From the IMG/VR virus record IMGVR_UViG_3300031992_000018, positions 32,001 to 96,000 of that record: DNA of 64,000 bases; one strand, 5' to 3'. The notes under the pieces are model-generated. The model worked only from the letters and a program-made list of their open reading frames with translations. It was not told the origin of the DNA and ran no database searches. This DNA is from a virus (lineage: Duplodnaviria > Caudoviricetes). The translations under genes and the position numbers were made by a program. How positions within the stretch are numbered: position 1 is the stretch's first letter; each line of letters starts with the position of its first letter. This document shows, in pieces, positions 11,736 through 22,892 of this stretch.

Positions 11736-13193
11736 ATGTCTAAATTAGGTTATATTCAAAATTCCTATGGTAAGCAATTCAATATAGGTATTTCAAATAC
11801 ATATGCAACTAATATATTATCCGGAACTAATCTTCCAGGTAATATGTTAATTATATCTTCTCCTATAGATGAAGATAATAATGATATTGGATATTATTCA
11901 ATATTAGTAACTGATTCTTATGGAAATCCTATAAGATTGACATATACTATTTCTCAGAATAATGGATTACAATATTCTAAAGATAAAGACTCATTAATAT
12001 TGAATATTGATAATAATACTATTATTGAAAATAATCATCAATTAACAGCAAATATTTCATATCTTATTGATAATAATACGATTAAATATGAAAACAATAA
12101 AATTGATATAAATATTGATAATCTTAATAAAGCAAATGATTATAAAAGAGGATTATTTAAGATTGATGATAATACAATAAAATCAGATAATGGAAAATTA
12201 TATGTTGATACATCTAATTTAAAGTTTGTAAATGAAAATACTTCTTATGGAATTTGTTTAGGAGATAATAATACAATTATATCAAATCAAGGTATATTAT
12301 CAGTAAATACTAATAATTTAACAATTGCAAATGAAAATCAATTTGGTATTGTAAATGGATTAAGTGATAATATTAATGTAAATGATGGTGTTATAAGTGT
12401 TATTACTGATAATCTTGAAACATGTACAAAAGATAGAAGTGGTATTGTATCTATAGATAATTCAACAATTATTTTAGATGATAAAAAACAATTAACAATA
12501 AATACTGAAAATCTTAATAAAGTATCAGTAAATAATAGAGGAGTATTTAAATATGATGATAATGTTTTTGATATAATTGATGGTAAGTTAACTGTAAAAA
12601 ATGTTAAAAATATTAAAGAAAATTTAAATAAAATAAAAACAGATATTTCATTATTAAAAGAAAAAATATCTGAAATACATGATGATTTAAAAACATATAA
12701 AGTTGGTATTTTACAACCAATGATTTTAGATTTCCATTGCTGTGATATAACAACATTTGTTCTTGAAAAACCTAATTATTTAAATGAACAAATAAATGAT
12801 ATGGAATTCCAATATAAAAGTGTTGATTTTATAATATCTACTAATTGTCCATTTATTATCAGTGTTAAATTTGAAAACAATATTGATCCACAAGTATCTC
12901 TTTATGAAATTAATTATGATAATAAGCATGTTTATTATGGAACTAATGGATTAATTCAGATATATCAGACAACACAAGAGAAAAAAATACCAATTAAATT
13001 TACTTTTATAGCAAAGAATTATTATAAAAATAATCAGAAAGAATCTACAAATGAAGTTAAAGTTAAGATTACAGTATCTTATTTAAATGATTCAACAATT
13101 AATAAATCAATATTATATTCTATTGTAAGATTTAATTCTGGTTATAATACTGAAATTGTTTATGATGAAAGCAATGTAGATAAATTAATATAA
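11736..13193 (+). CDS. Fibre-like virion protein, paralog 3
   Basis: Same N-domain, repeats, coiled coil and C-terminal domain as its neighbours. Confidence 0.65.
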   Translation: MSKLGYIQNSYGKQFNIGISNTYATNILSGTNLPGNMLIISSPIDEDNNDIGYYSILVTDSYGNPIRLTYTISQNNGLQYSKDKDSLILNIDNNTIIENNHQLTANISYLIDNNTIKYENNKIDINIDNLNKANDYKRGLFKIDDNTIKSDNGKLYVDTSNLKFVNENTSYGICLGDNNTIISNQGILSVNTNNLTIANENQFGIVNGLSDNINVNDGVISVITDNLETCTKDRSGIVSIDNSTIILDDKKQLTINTENLNKVSVNNRGVFKYDDNVFDIIDGKLTVKNVKNIKENLNKIKTDISLLKEKISEIHDDLKTYKVGILQPMILDFHCCDITTFVLEKPNYLNEQINDMEFQYKSVDFIISTNCPFIISVKFENNIDPQVSLYEINYDNKHVYYGTNGLIQIYQTTQEKKIPIKFTFIAKNYYKNNQKESTNEVKVKITVSYLNDSTINKSILYSIVRFNSGYNTEIVYDESNVDKLI

Positions 13194-13223
13194 AAAAATC
13201 ACCGATTAATATCGGTGATTTTT
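13194..13223. terminator. Bidirectional intrinsic terminator
   Basis: AAAAATCACCGAT-TAAT-ATCGGTGATTTTT between convergent genes. Confidence 0.9.
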
Positions 13224-13226
13224 ATT

Positions 13227-15440
13227 TTAGAAACCAAGACCAGCTAAACTTCGTTTAAATGTTCCTTCAAGTAATTTTCCAACCCATGTATGACTTTTTA
13301 TATCTGCACCTTCTGTGGCATAAATATTATTTGAATTCATCATTGCATTAGCATGCCAATCAAGAGTGAAAGAGTTAGATTTAGCTAATGAATAATCTAA
13401 TTGTTTAGTTTCTATATTATTCTCTTTAAATTGATTTGGTATAGGTTTATTTTTTGGAGATGCAGATCTTGCAGATGTTGCAGATCCTATATTATTCTTT
13501 TTTGTAAATAAACTTACATGTGCTAAATCTTCATCAATTTCTTTATATTCAATATTAGTTTCATTAAATTCATTTAAATCAGACATATCTCTTGGTATTT
13601 CAAATTTCCATGGCATATCTTTATCATAAGTAGTTATATTACTTTCTTTAAATTGATTTTCAAATGCTAAAGATAATGGTATATCACTTAATGTAGTATT
13701 TAATGAACCATTTTTTATTCTATTTAATTTTTCTTCAAAATAATCAGTCAATGGTCCAAAATTATAATCATATAAATTACCATTGATACTTCCGTTTGAT
13801 ATTCTTTCTAATTTTTTACTAAAGTATTTAGATTCTGGTCCAAAATTATAATCATATAAATTACCATTAATAGTACCTTTAGATAATCTTCTTAATTTTT
13901 CTTCAAGATAAGCAGTATTTACTTTTTTACCTCTTTTAATAAATGTAGCATAATTATAAGCATACATATTACCTTTAATAGTACCTAATTTTATTTCCAA
14001 TAATTTATAATTTAAATAATCAGTATTTTGTCTATGTTTTAGATTATATCCTGTTCTCATATAGTCATAATCATAAAGATTACCACCAATTGTACCTTCA
14101 GATAATCTTCTTAATTTTTCTTCAAAATATTTAGTATTTATTCTATCTTTACCTCTACCAGTTCTTATAAAATCATAATGATAAATATTACCTTTTTTAA
14201 TTGTTCCTAATTTACTATATTTTAATTTTTCTTGGTAATATTTAGATTTTATCTTTGTATGGTTTTCATAAAGATTTTGATTAGAATTACCTCTTCTATC
14301 ATGTGCTTCAATATAGTATGATTCATATGAGTCATTTATATTTGCTGCTATAGATTCAAATCTACCATTATCATCAAATGTATATAAACCATCTTGTCCT
14401 ACTATAATATGTTCATATTCATTTAATCTTGTTTCAAATACTTTATCATATTTTATTCTTATTTGATTATTACCAAGATTAAATAAATTTTCATTAGATG
14501 GTGAATCATTAAATTCGTTTAAACTATTTACATCAAATTCACAGTTTTGGAAAGTAAATAATTTGAATGACATTATATCACTTGGATCAACATCAATATA
14601 ATTTGTAGATTTATCATTATATTCTTTATTTTCATTAGAAGTAAATTCTTGCTGATACTTTTTAAAAGGAACATGACAGAATAATATTTGCATTTCAAAT
14701 TTTCTAAGATTAGCAGGTATTATTTCTTTATTTCTTATATTATCATAACAAGAATATTTATATAAATCAAATAATGTTCCTAATCTCATATCTATAGATT
14801 CTTCTGAACATTGTATTTCGATTGTATTATCACTAAAATCTTCTGCATTGACATATGATCCTTTAATATTATTTAAACCATTTATTGATTTAAAAAACCA
14901 AGGATTATTAATAGATATATTAGATAGTGTATTTACAAATTTAAATAAAGAATTTTTTCTATTGCTTATTAATTGAGATTTATATAATCCCATATTTTCA
15001 CATAAACTTAAATAAGCATAAGCAGTATTTGTTGATTTATTATGATTTAATATTCCACCTAATAAACCATAGTTAGTATCAAAATTAAAAAATATTTTAA
15101 AATAAAAATGTCCTTTAGTTACAAATGGATTTAATTGTTTCTTCCATTTATCTATATCTTTAAAATAATCTGCGACAGAATAATTAGGAAAAAGATGTAA
15201 TAAATTTACATCTTCATTATCTTTTGAAAGATTATTTGATGGATTATTTAAAATTTCATTATATGTTTTAGCAGATAAATCAGCATTCAACATTAAATGT
15301 TCAACAATTAAATGCTCATCTTTATTTTTATTATTTATAATATTTTTTAATCCTTTTGCTCCATTTACTGATAAATATATTGATTTTTCTATTAAATTAT
15401 TATCTAGTAATGCTGGATCTATTCCTCTTTCACCTGCCAT
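13227..15440 (-). CDS. Baseplate/tail-tube-related structural protein with internal repeats
   Basis: N-half looks tube-like (PWFFKSINGL, I.IQC.EESIDMR, LRKFEMQI, FTFQNCEFD). Six YxEEKLxRxxxGTIxGNLYDY repeats follow. Baseplate context. Confidence 0.5.
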   Translation of the reverse strand: MAGERGIDPALLDNNLIEKSIYLSVNGAKGLKNIINNKNKDEHLIVEHLMLNADLSAKTYNEILNNPSNNLSKDNEDVNLLHLFPNYSVADYFKDIDKWKKQLNPFVTKGHFYFKIFFNFDTNYGLLGGILNHNKSTNTAYAYLSLCENMGLYKSQLISNRKNSLFKFVNTLSNISINNPWFFKSINGLNNIKGSYVNAEDFSDNTIEIQCSEESIDMRLGTLFDLYKYSCYDNIRNKEIIPANLRKFEMQILFCHVPFKKYQQEFTSNENKEYNDKSTNYIDVDPSDIMSFKLFTFQNCEFDVNSLNEFNDSPSNENLFNLGNNQIRIKYDKVFETRLNEYEHIIVGQDGLYTFDDNGRFESIAANINDSYESYYIEAHDRRGNSNQNLYENHTKIKSKYYQEKLKYSKLGTIKKGNIYHYDFIRTGRGKDRINTKYFEEKLRRLSEGTIGGNLYDYDYMRTGYNLKHRQNTDYLNYKLLEIKLGTIKGNMYAYNYATFIKRGKKVNTAYLEEKLRRLSKGTINGNLYDYNFGPESKYFSKKLERISNGSINGNLYDYNFGPLTDYFEEKLNRIKNGSLNTTLSDIPLSLAFENQFKESNITTYDKDMPWKFEIPRDMSDLNEFNETNIEYKEIDEDLAHVSLFTKKNNIGSATSARSASPKNKPIPNQFKENNIETKQLDYSLAKSNSFTLDWHANAMMNSNNIYATEGADIKSHTWVGKLLEGTFKRSLAGLGF
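13700..14290 (-). repeat. Six intragenic 28-37 aa tandem repeats
   Basis: For example GGTCCAAAATTATAATCATATAAATTACCATT occurs twice (about 13753 and 13837). Confidence 0.85.
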
Positions 15441-15442
15441 AA

Positions 15443-15982
15443 TTATTCTCCATAAATTTTATTTTGTAATTTATATGAAAATGTATCTTTTAATAACATT
15501 TCATCACTGATTTTTGTATCACTATTAATATATTCTAAAGTTTTATAAATTTCTAAACCAGTATTTTTATTTCTTAATTTTACTTTATCTTTAACATAAT
15601 CTATATAAACAACTTCAAAACCTTCTGGAACATTATATTCAGTTAAAAATTCTGGATTTATATTTTTAAATTTTTTAATATATTCATAATTATTCCAATA
15701 TTTTGATAAATCAATAGTTTCTGTTTCAAATGGATATTTTAAATTTCTAATAAATACTCTTGATGGTTTCCAATATTCAGTATTTTTTATTTCAGTAAAA
15801 TCATGACTATGTATATATTCTTCATTATCATTATTTTCTGATTTAAGATATTCATTTAATGCTTCACTATATAATTGTTTATGTACATCATTATATTTAT
15901 CTGAAACATAATCAGTAAATTTTGTTTTTGAAGAATTATATTCTGCATTATTATATTTATTAATACTGTTAAAAATTGTCAT
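15443..15982 (-). CDS. Hypothetical protein
   Basis: ORF tightly packed in the operon. Confidence 0.7.
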   Translation of the reverse strand: MTIFNSINKYNNAEYNSSKTKFTDYVSDKYNDVHKQLYSEALNEYLKSENNDNEEYIHSHDFTEIKNTEYWKPSRVFIRNLKYPFETETIDLSKYWNNYEYIKKFKNINPEFLTEYNVPEGFEVVYIDYVKDKVKLRNKNTGLEIYKTLEYINSDTKISDEMLLKDTFSYKLQNKIYGE

Positions 15983-15983
15983 A

Positions 15984-17552
15984 TTATTCGTTAATAGCTA
16001 AATTTACTTCTGTATATTTATTTAATATATTATTAGTAATTCCTCGTTTAATTAAATATAAAACTTGTTCAAATTTTTGATTACCAGCATTATATATTAA
16101 TTCTATACCATTTATATAATATAATCCACTTAAACTTGGATTTGTTACTCCATTATATTCATCTGATATTAACTCTTTTTCTTTTGCATTTTTTGCAACT
16201 ATCTCTGTTTTTTCATCTTTTTTAAATGATAAAGCATTATTACCATTATTTAATATTGTTTGCTTATTAGTTTCATTATATTCATCAATGATAACTTCTA
16301 AAAGCATTCCTCTTTGAAGACTATAGTTAGCATTAGTTAATTTAACTTTTAAAATTTTACTAGTTAATTTATTAATATAATTATTTTTTAATTTTTCTAG
16401 ATATAATTCACATGGACCATCTTCATTTTGATTTGTACCTAAAAATTCAATATTTTCATATTGATATTCTTCAATACCATGTAAACCATCAATAGAATTT
16501 TCAAATATCTGTACTTGTTCTTGTTTTATTAAATTTTGTTCACATGATGAATCAAGATAATAATATCTAGTTAATGTTCCATTATTTAATATATTTTCAT
16601 TATTTACTTGGCTGAAATATTCAGTAATCTGTAAATTATGAGTTGATGGAGTATTCTTTATGTTTGTAATTATTCTATATACTTCTGAAACATTTTGACC
16701 AGGTATTTTTGTCTTTGGTAAATCAGTAATAACATCACCAGTTATAACTTTAGTTGTCAACTGTTTTACTTCAACTGGAGTATTCATTATATATGGAATA
16801 TTTACCATTACAAGATATCCAAATTCATCAATCCAACAATCAAATATACTATCTTCATCTAAACCAGCATGTGATATTTCTTGAAGAATATAGTCTTTAT
16901 ATGTTTCTGAATATATCTGTCTCCATTTTTTATCAGATATTTCTTTACATTTATCAGATGCTGCAAAACCAAGTTTACAATCTTTAGCAATAGCTTCTAA
17001 CATTTCATATGTTGATAATTGAGTATCACCAATTTGTGTACATTTTTTCTGTTTTAATCCATTACATTTATATTCACCATAATAAGTAATTGTATCATCT
17101 TCATTAAATTCACAATTTGTGATATAAAAATCCATTGATATTTTCTTATTAGCACCATCAACTGGAGCTGTCATGATAATTGTTATTACATTATTCATTC
17201 CAGGAACATCAGTTGCTTGAATGTTTTTTTGTGGATCATCAATATTAATAACAATAGTAGGTAAAAAATCTTGTATATAAATACTTAATGAATATACCTT
17301 ATCAGGCATTATTATTTTATTATTTATCTTAAGAATTGGAACTAATACACCATTTACTTTTAATGTACTTGTTGTATCTTTATTTTCTCCATATTCTGAT
17401 TCTTCATCATAATTATATGGCATTACAATAGAACTAAACTTAAATTCTGGGTCAAATACAACAATAGGATCTAATGGATTTTTTGGTTCAATAAATTCTA
17501 TTGAATCATTAGAAGAATTACTATTTGGATTTATATTTGTATTTTCTGCCAT
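15984..17552 (-). CDS. Putative baseplate hub protein (gp27-like)
   Basis: Downstream of the gp53-like gene. EAIAKDCKLGF and SLSGLYYINGIELIY..G motifs are typical of hub proteins. Confidence 0.5.
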   Translation of the reverse strand: MAENTNINPNSNSSNDSIEFIEPKNPLDPIVVFDPEFKFSSIVMPYNYDEESEYGENKDTTSTLKVNGVLVPILKINNKIIMPDKVYSLSIYIQDFLPTIVINIDDPQKNIQATDVPGMNNVITIIMTAPVDGANKKISMDFYITNCEFNEDDTITYYGEYKCNGLKQKKCTQIGDTQLSTYEMLEAIAKDCKLGFAASDKCKEISDKKWRQIYSETYKDYILQEISHAGLDEDSIFDCWIDEFGYLVMVNIPYIMNTPVEVKQLTTKVITGDVITDLPKTKIPGQNVSEVYRIITNIKNTPSTHNLQITEYFSQVNNENILNNGTLTRYYYLDSSCEQNLIKQEQVQIFENSIDGLHGIEEYQYENIEFLGTNQNEDGPCELYLEKLKNNYINKLTSKILKVKLTNANYSLQRGMLLEVIIDEYNETNKQTILNNGNNALSFKKDEKTEIVAKNAKEKELISDEYNGVTNPSLSGLYYINGIELIYNAGNQKFEQVLYLIKRGITNNILNKYTEVNLAINE

Positions 17553-17553
17553 T

Positions 17554-18048
17554 TTAATATATTACAAGTCCTAAATTTTTATCTATATAATAATTTTTAT
17601 CTTCTATAGTTTGATCTCCTGGAGAACGTCTTTCATTCTTTAATTTTTGTAAATTCTTTCTTGTCTTTGATATTGTTTCTTCTACTTTATTCTTTTTTGT
17701 TTTTGATTTATATTCATCTAATAAATCATTTTCAAATGAAGAACCAGTTAATGCTTTATTTATAGAATCAATATCTGGAACATATATAATCATTCCTTTA
17801 TTTAATTCAAATGGATTAGATATACCATTTATTTTACAAATAACATCTGCATATTTATCATCACCATAAACTGCTAATGATATTAAATCTGGTCGAGCAA
17901 TATAGTTTTCATCAACAAATATAGCTCTTGTATTATTTAAATTAATATTATTAAATGTATTAACTGTTAAATCTAAAAACTTTGTAGGTTTATTATCTTT
18001 ATATATAGTTAATACTGGTTTTTGTTCTAATATAGGATAATCTAACAT
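17554..18048 (-). CDS. Baseplate wedge protein, T4 gp53-like (LysM-like)
   Basis: ARPDLISLAVYGD...ICKINGISNPFEL..G. Start reassigned to ATG 18048, downstream of the late promoter motif. Confidence 0.8.
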   Translation of the reverse strand: MLDYPILEQKPVLTIYKDNKPTKFLDLTVNTFNNINLNNTRAIFVDENYIARPDLISLAVYGDDKYADVICKINGISNPFELNKGMIIYVPDIDSINKALTGSSFENDLLDEYKSKTKKNKVEETISKTRKNLQKLKNERRSPGDQTIEDKNYYIDKNLGLVIY

Positions 18049-18080
18049 TATCAAATAAATATCTTTATATATAAAAATAA

Positions 18081-18111
18081 AAATGATTGACAAATATTAT
18101 GTCAATCATTT
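18081..18111 (-). terminator. Intrinsic terminator abutting a late promoter
   Basis: AAATGATTGACA-7nt-TGTCAATCATTT. Confidence 0.8.
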
Positions 18112-18134
18112 AAATATTTTAGTATTTTTAGATG

Positions 18135-21100
18135 TTAATCTCCTGTTTGAACATCACCAGATGATTGTTCTTCAACCTTAACATATATTGTAATTTCTTT
18201 CTTTTTATATACACCGTCTTGGTCACCATCAATTATAACATTTATTGGATATTTTTGATTTTGTGTATCATTTACACCAATAACACTTAATGAATATTTG
18301 CTTGATATATTTTGTGATGTATTAAGTTTAGTAAAATAATAAATATTAAAGAATTTATTATTCTTATCAAGATTTACTTGTTGATTAGAACCATCATCAG
18401 GAACATTAATAAACCATTTATTGTTCATATTTAATGAATTTATTGAAACATTTAAATAATTATCTATAAATTCATTTTGAACTTTTATTGAAGTTAATCC
18501 ATTATTTAATTCAATTTGTAAAGCATCTGATGAATTAACATTTAATGTTTCAATGTTTTGTGTAGTACCACTACCAAATTCATTAGAAATAAAATGTATA
18601 GCCCATCTGTCTTGACCTCCTAATGATGTTGCTGAACCTGTATTAATAGTAGTAACACTATTATTTATTTTGTTTAATTTTTTAGGAGTAACAATATAAT
18701 TAACTCTCTTTGGAGAATTTGTATCTATAGATTCATATAAATCAATATCTAATGTTTTCTTATTTATTTTAATATTAAATGTTGTACTGTTATTAATACT
18801 TCTTACATAATTTGAAGAATTACCAATATTACATGTTAATGCTAAATATATAGAATCATTAGGAATAACATCATAACTATATATATTATTAATATCATCA
18901 TATTGTGTCTGAGATAATAATTTATTTACAAATAAAATTGATCCAGAAGATGCATTATTAAATTTACCTACTGTTCTACTTGAACTACCATTTGATATAA
19001 AATCTTTAGGAATAATTACACCATTTTCTGGTTTAAATAAGTAATTATTATTTTGTTTACCATTTTCTGAATTATAATTTATTGTATTATAATTATCCCC
19101 TTCATTATATATTTTTATGAATTCTTCATTAGTATTTCTATTTTTTATAGCTACTTTAGTATCATCCCATCTTGATGAAATATCTTTATTATCAACACCA
19201 TAGAAATCCCAGAAGATATTAGCATCTGTATTCTGTATTTCAATTTGAGAATCAATATCAAATAATCTATTTAAATAAATAGGAATTCTTGGAACTAATT
19301 TAAATGAATTTACAGTTTCTTCATTATTAGTACCAATTGTTGTATAAGTAATATAATTTTCTAAATCACTTAATAATCTTAAATTAAATTGTTTTTGTCT
19401 ACGTAAAACTTTTAAGAAATAATATGCTTTACATGGACTATATGATATAGAACCAATACTACCTGATGAAGACTTAATCTTAAATACTAAATAATAGTAA
19501 TCAGTATCAGCATTTACCCAATTATTATTAACTTCAAAAATACCATTTTTATCTGGATATATAGCTGTTGATTTATTAATATCATATACTTTGTTTTTAT
19601 TAAATTGAGTTTTAAATAAAGTATTTTCTGTAACAAATCCATTAACATTATTTACACTGAATTCAGTAGTATTTAAATCAGCATCTTCTGTAGGTTTAGT
19701 TCCATTTATAATATCATTTAAAACATTAATATCATAATAATTTTCTAAAGTATCATTACAATAATAGAATGATTTATCTGGTTCTTGACCAATTTTTATT
19801 TTATTGTTTAATAAAATATCAAATTCTTTTTCTTCATCTACATGTAATTCACCATATCTTCCATCTGATTCTGATTCATAAATAGTAATATTTCTAGAAC
19901 TTGTATCACTATTTATTACACCTAAATATTCTACTTCATAATCACTGTCACAATATACTCTTACAAAGTCATCAAATATAAGATTTGGAACAGGACCAGG
20001 AGATACTTTATTACCACTTGGATATGATGCAACAAGGTCTTCAAAAGTTATTGTTCTTATACAATAATTAATATTATTAGCAGCATTATTTTCAAAATAG
20101 TTTCCTGTTTCTCTATCATCTCTTACCCAATCTGAACCTCTATCTGTAACATTTCTAAAATCATAAGAATCATTAATTTTTCTATAAAGATTTATATTAC
20201 TAGCTTCATCTTTAAGGAATATAATTCTATTTTGAACTTCTTTCTTTAATTTAATTTTAAAAGATATTATAGTAGGAGTTATTTGTCTTGATTGATTATC
20301 ATCTTTATAATAGAATATACAATATAAATTAAATTCTTTATCTGTATTTTGTGTTTGTACAGGAGGAATATAATAATATTTATTATTTTCACATACTATT
20401 TTACCATATTCAACTGTATTATATTCAACAAAATCTCTACCATCCAATGTATATGTACCAGAATTTCCAATAAAGAAATAAGGATATATACCATATTCAC
20501 TACCATATAATAAATCAAATGTAATTTCTTTTTTAGAAACTTCATCATTTAAATAATATGGCATTGATATTGCATTATCTCTAGTACCACTAAATGTTAT
20601 ATTATAAATTTTACCATATTCAATTGCATTTGAATTATTTAACTTAGATGCAAATGTTTCACCATTGTTATTTATTATCTGAGTATTTCCAAATTTAAAT
20701 TGAGTTATTGTATTATCAGATTTTTCTATAGTTAAATGTATATTAAATTCTGAACCAACAAAACTATCACCATTTTCATCAGAACCACCAGTATGATTAA
20801 CTGTAAAATCAACAGATTTTTTAGCAGGATCAAAATTAGCAAGATTTTGAATATTTGATTTAATATCAGTATACCATGTTTCTAATGGTTTATAATTACC
20901 TGTACCAATAATATCCATATCAATTTTGAAGAATTTCCACAATTCTCCATTATAATCTACTGGATCAACATTCAATTTTGAAATTGAATTTATAATAGCA
21001 GTATTTGCTGTAACAGATGAAGTTACTGACATTTCACCAGGGTTATTTGAAGCAATAACTGAATATAAATTATTACTTAATCCAGCATTATTATAATATG

Positions 21101-21770
21101 TATATACATTATCTAAAGATTTATTTAAATTATATGGTGTTCTGTCAATAGTAGGAGTTAATATTACTTTTGCTCTATTACCAGAATTTCTAAAATCAGC
21201 TTGATAAAAATTACCAAGAATACTTTTATCTTGACCTTCTAAAAAGTCAATATTAGCAGCATTGTCAAAAGGATAAAGTAAATCTTCATAGATACATGCT
21301 CGTGCATTTCTTCTATCCCAGTGATCTGTATAGTAATCAATTGTAATAACTCTCCATGTTAAATAATTTAATAAATCAACAATATCAGTAGAATCTTTTA
21401 TTGTACCATCTTTATACCATCTTGGTAATAAATCTAATACATCAGTATTACCTTCTGGTGTTTCAGACATATCAGAAAGGTAATCATATTTACTATTAAT
21501 CCAGTCAATAGTATTATTTATTTTATTTTCGCTTATTTCAGCATTTTTTACTTTATTTATATATTCACTAAATGAACCACTTGGTGTTTCACCAGCAGCA
21601 TTCCATTTTCTGATTCTTGTTGCCCAAGGAATATTAGTATTTTCCCAGTCAATATTTAAAGATTCTAAAAGTTTATAAGTATCGCTTGCTCCAGCGGTAA
21701 TTAATCCATCTGGAACTTCTACACCATTTGTCCACTTTTCGTTTTGATTATAATCTATTCTTTTACTCAT
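18135..21770 (-). CDS. Large putative virion protein (1211 aa)
   Basis: Beta-rich ORF in a late operon. Confidence 0.55.
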   Translation of the reverse strand: MSKRIDYNQNEKWTNGVEVPDGLITAGASDTYKLLESLNIDWENTNIPWATRIRKWNAAGETPSGSFSEYINKVKNAEISENKINNTIDWINSKYDYLSDMSETPEGNTDVLDLLPRWYKDGTIKDSTDIVDLLNYLTWRVITIDYYTDHWDRRNARACIYEDLLYPFDNAANIDFLEGQDKSILGNFYQADFRNSGNRAKVILTPTIDRTPYNLNKSLDNVYTYYNNAGLSNNLYSVIASNNPGEMSVTSSVTANTAIINSISKLNVDPVDYNGELWKFFKIDMDIIGTGNYKPLETWYTDIKSNIQNLANFDPAKKSVDFTVNHTGGSDENGDSFVGSEFNIHLTIEKSDNTITQFKFGNTQIINNNGETFASKLNNSNAIEYGKIYNITFSGTRDNAISMPYYLNDEVSKKEITFDLLYGSEYGIYPYFFIGNSGTYTLDGRDFVEYNTVEYGKIVCENNKYYYIPPVQTQNTDKEFNLYCIFYYKDDNQSRQITPTIISFKIKLKKEVQNRIIFLKDEASNINLYRKINDSYDFRNVTDRGSDWVRDDRETGNYFENNAANNINYCIRTITFEDLVASYPSGNKVSPGPVPNLIFDDFVRVYCDSDYEVEYLGVINSDTSSRNITIYESESDGRYGELHVDEEKEFDILLNNKIKIGQEPDKSFYYCNDTLENYYDINVLNDIINGTKPTEDADLNTTEFSVNNVNGFVTENTLFKTQFNKNKVYDINKSTAIYPDKNGIFEVNNNWVNADTDYYYLVFKIKSSSGSIGSISYSPCKAYYFLKVLRRQKQFNLRLLSDLENYITYTTIGTNNEETVNSFKLVPRIPIYLNRLFDIDSQIEIQNTDANIFWDFYGVDNKDISSRWDDTKVAIKNRNTNEEFIKIYNEGDNYNTINYNSENGKQNNNYLFKPENGVIIPKDFISNGSSSRTVGKFNNASSGSILFVNKLLSQTQYDDINNIYSYDVIPNDSIYLALTCNIGNSSNYVRSINNSTTFNIKINKKTLDIDLYESIDTNSPKRVNYIVTPKKLNKINNSVTTINTGSATSLGGQDRWAIHFISNEFGSGTTQNIETLNVNSSDALQIELNNGLTSIKVQNEFIDNYLNVSINSLNMNNKWFINVPDDGSNQQVNLDKNNKFFNIYYFTKLNTSQNISSKYSLSVIGVNDTQNQKYPINVIIDGDQDGVYKKKEITIYVKVEEQSSGDVQTGD

Positions 21771-21789
21771 ATGTTATTTAATAAATTAT

Positions 21790-22875
21790 TTACTTTATAA
21801 TCCAAGTTAAATTACTTGTATAATATTTTGGAGATTCATATACTTTATATAATATTCCATTATATTCAACTTCTTTTTCATATAAATTATATGAACTTAA
21901 AATGTTATTGAAATTACATCTAATGTCAGATGATTTCAAAATAAATTTAGGATCTTCTAATACATAAGGAACAATAAAATAATGTTTTCTTATATTATTT
22001 GTTTCTCCTGTTGTTATTTCTGTTCCATTTTCATCATAAAGAATATCTGTATTAAAATCAAATGTATAATTATTAATATCAAATAATTCTCCATAATCAG
22101 AGAAAATAGGATATTTAAATTTAATATCACAAATTTTTAAATTTGTAATATATGTTTTATCTCTATCACATAAAAATATCTTTACAGGAACTTTATATGT
22201 TGGATAATTTAAATCTTTAATTACTTCAATATTTACAGGTATATTGATACTATGTTTCTTACCATCACAAACCATTTCAAAAGGTTCTAATTGAGACATA
22301 TTAAAATCAACACTGTCATCAAAGAATATTTTATAGTATGGTGAAACTGCTGAAAATAATGCTGAATATTCTATAATAATATATTTAATAGTTATTTTTG
22401 ATAACATTGATGTTTCAAATATATCATTGCTTTTTATAGTTTCATTAGTAATTGTACCATTTAAATCTTTTTCAATTCTAATAGAAATATCACTTATATC
22501 AATCCAATGTTCTCCAAGTAAAACACCATTATTTATCATTATTTTATCATTATGAAAATATATAGAAGAATCTTGAAGTTCAGATATTTCTTCTGTTGGT
22601 GTTTCTTGTTGTTCTGGATTTACTATTAAATTTCCTTCTAATAATTTCTTTATATTATCATTTTTTAAAAGTTCTTCAACAGCATGTTTTGTTTCTAAAG
22701 TTTTTAAACCATAACCACTAGCAATATGAGTATTACCAATATAAAGACTATTATTGTCATCATCAGTAACAACAACATTAATCTGTCCTGAATTTTCAGT
22801 ATTAGCATTATTAATAGAATCGACTACTTGATAATCGACTAATTTACCTTTAATTTCTTCTGACTTATTACTCAT
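21790..22875 (-). CDS. Putative virion protein
   Basis: ORF in a late operon. Confidence 0.55.
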   Translation of the reverse strand: MSNKSEEIKGKLVDYQVVDSINNANTENSGQINVVVTDDDNNSLYIGNTHIASGYGLKTLETKHAVEELLKNDNIKKLLEGNLIVNPEQQETPTEEISELQDSSIYFHNDKIMINNGVLLGEHWIDISDISIRIEKDLNGTITNETIKSNDIFETSMLSKITIKYIIIEYSALFSAVSPYYKIFFDDSVDFNMSQLEPFEMVCDGKKHSINIPVNIEVIKDLNYPTYKVPVKIFLCDRDKTYITNLKICDIKFKYPIFSDYGELFDINNYTFDFNTDILYDENGTEITTGETNNIRKHYFIVPYVLEDPKFILKSSDIRCNFNNILSSYNLYEKEVEYNGILYKVYESPKYYTSNLTWIIK

Positions 22876-22892
22876 TTTAATAATCTTTATAT

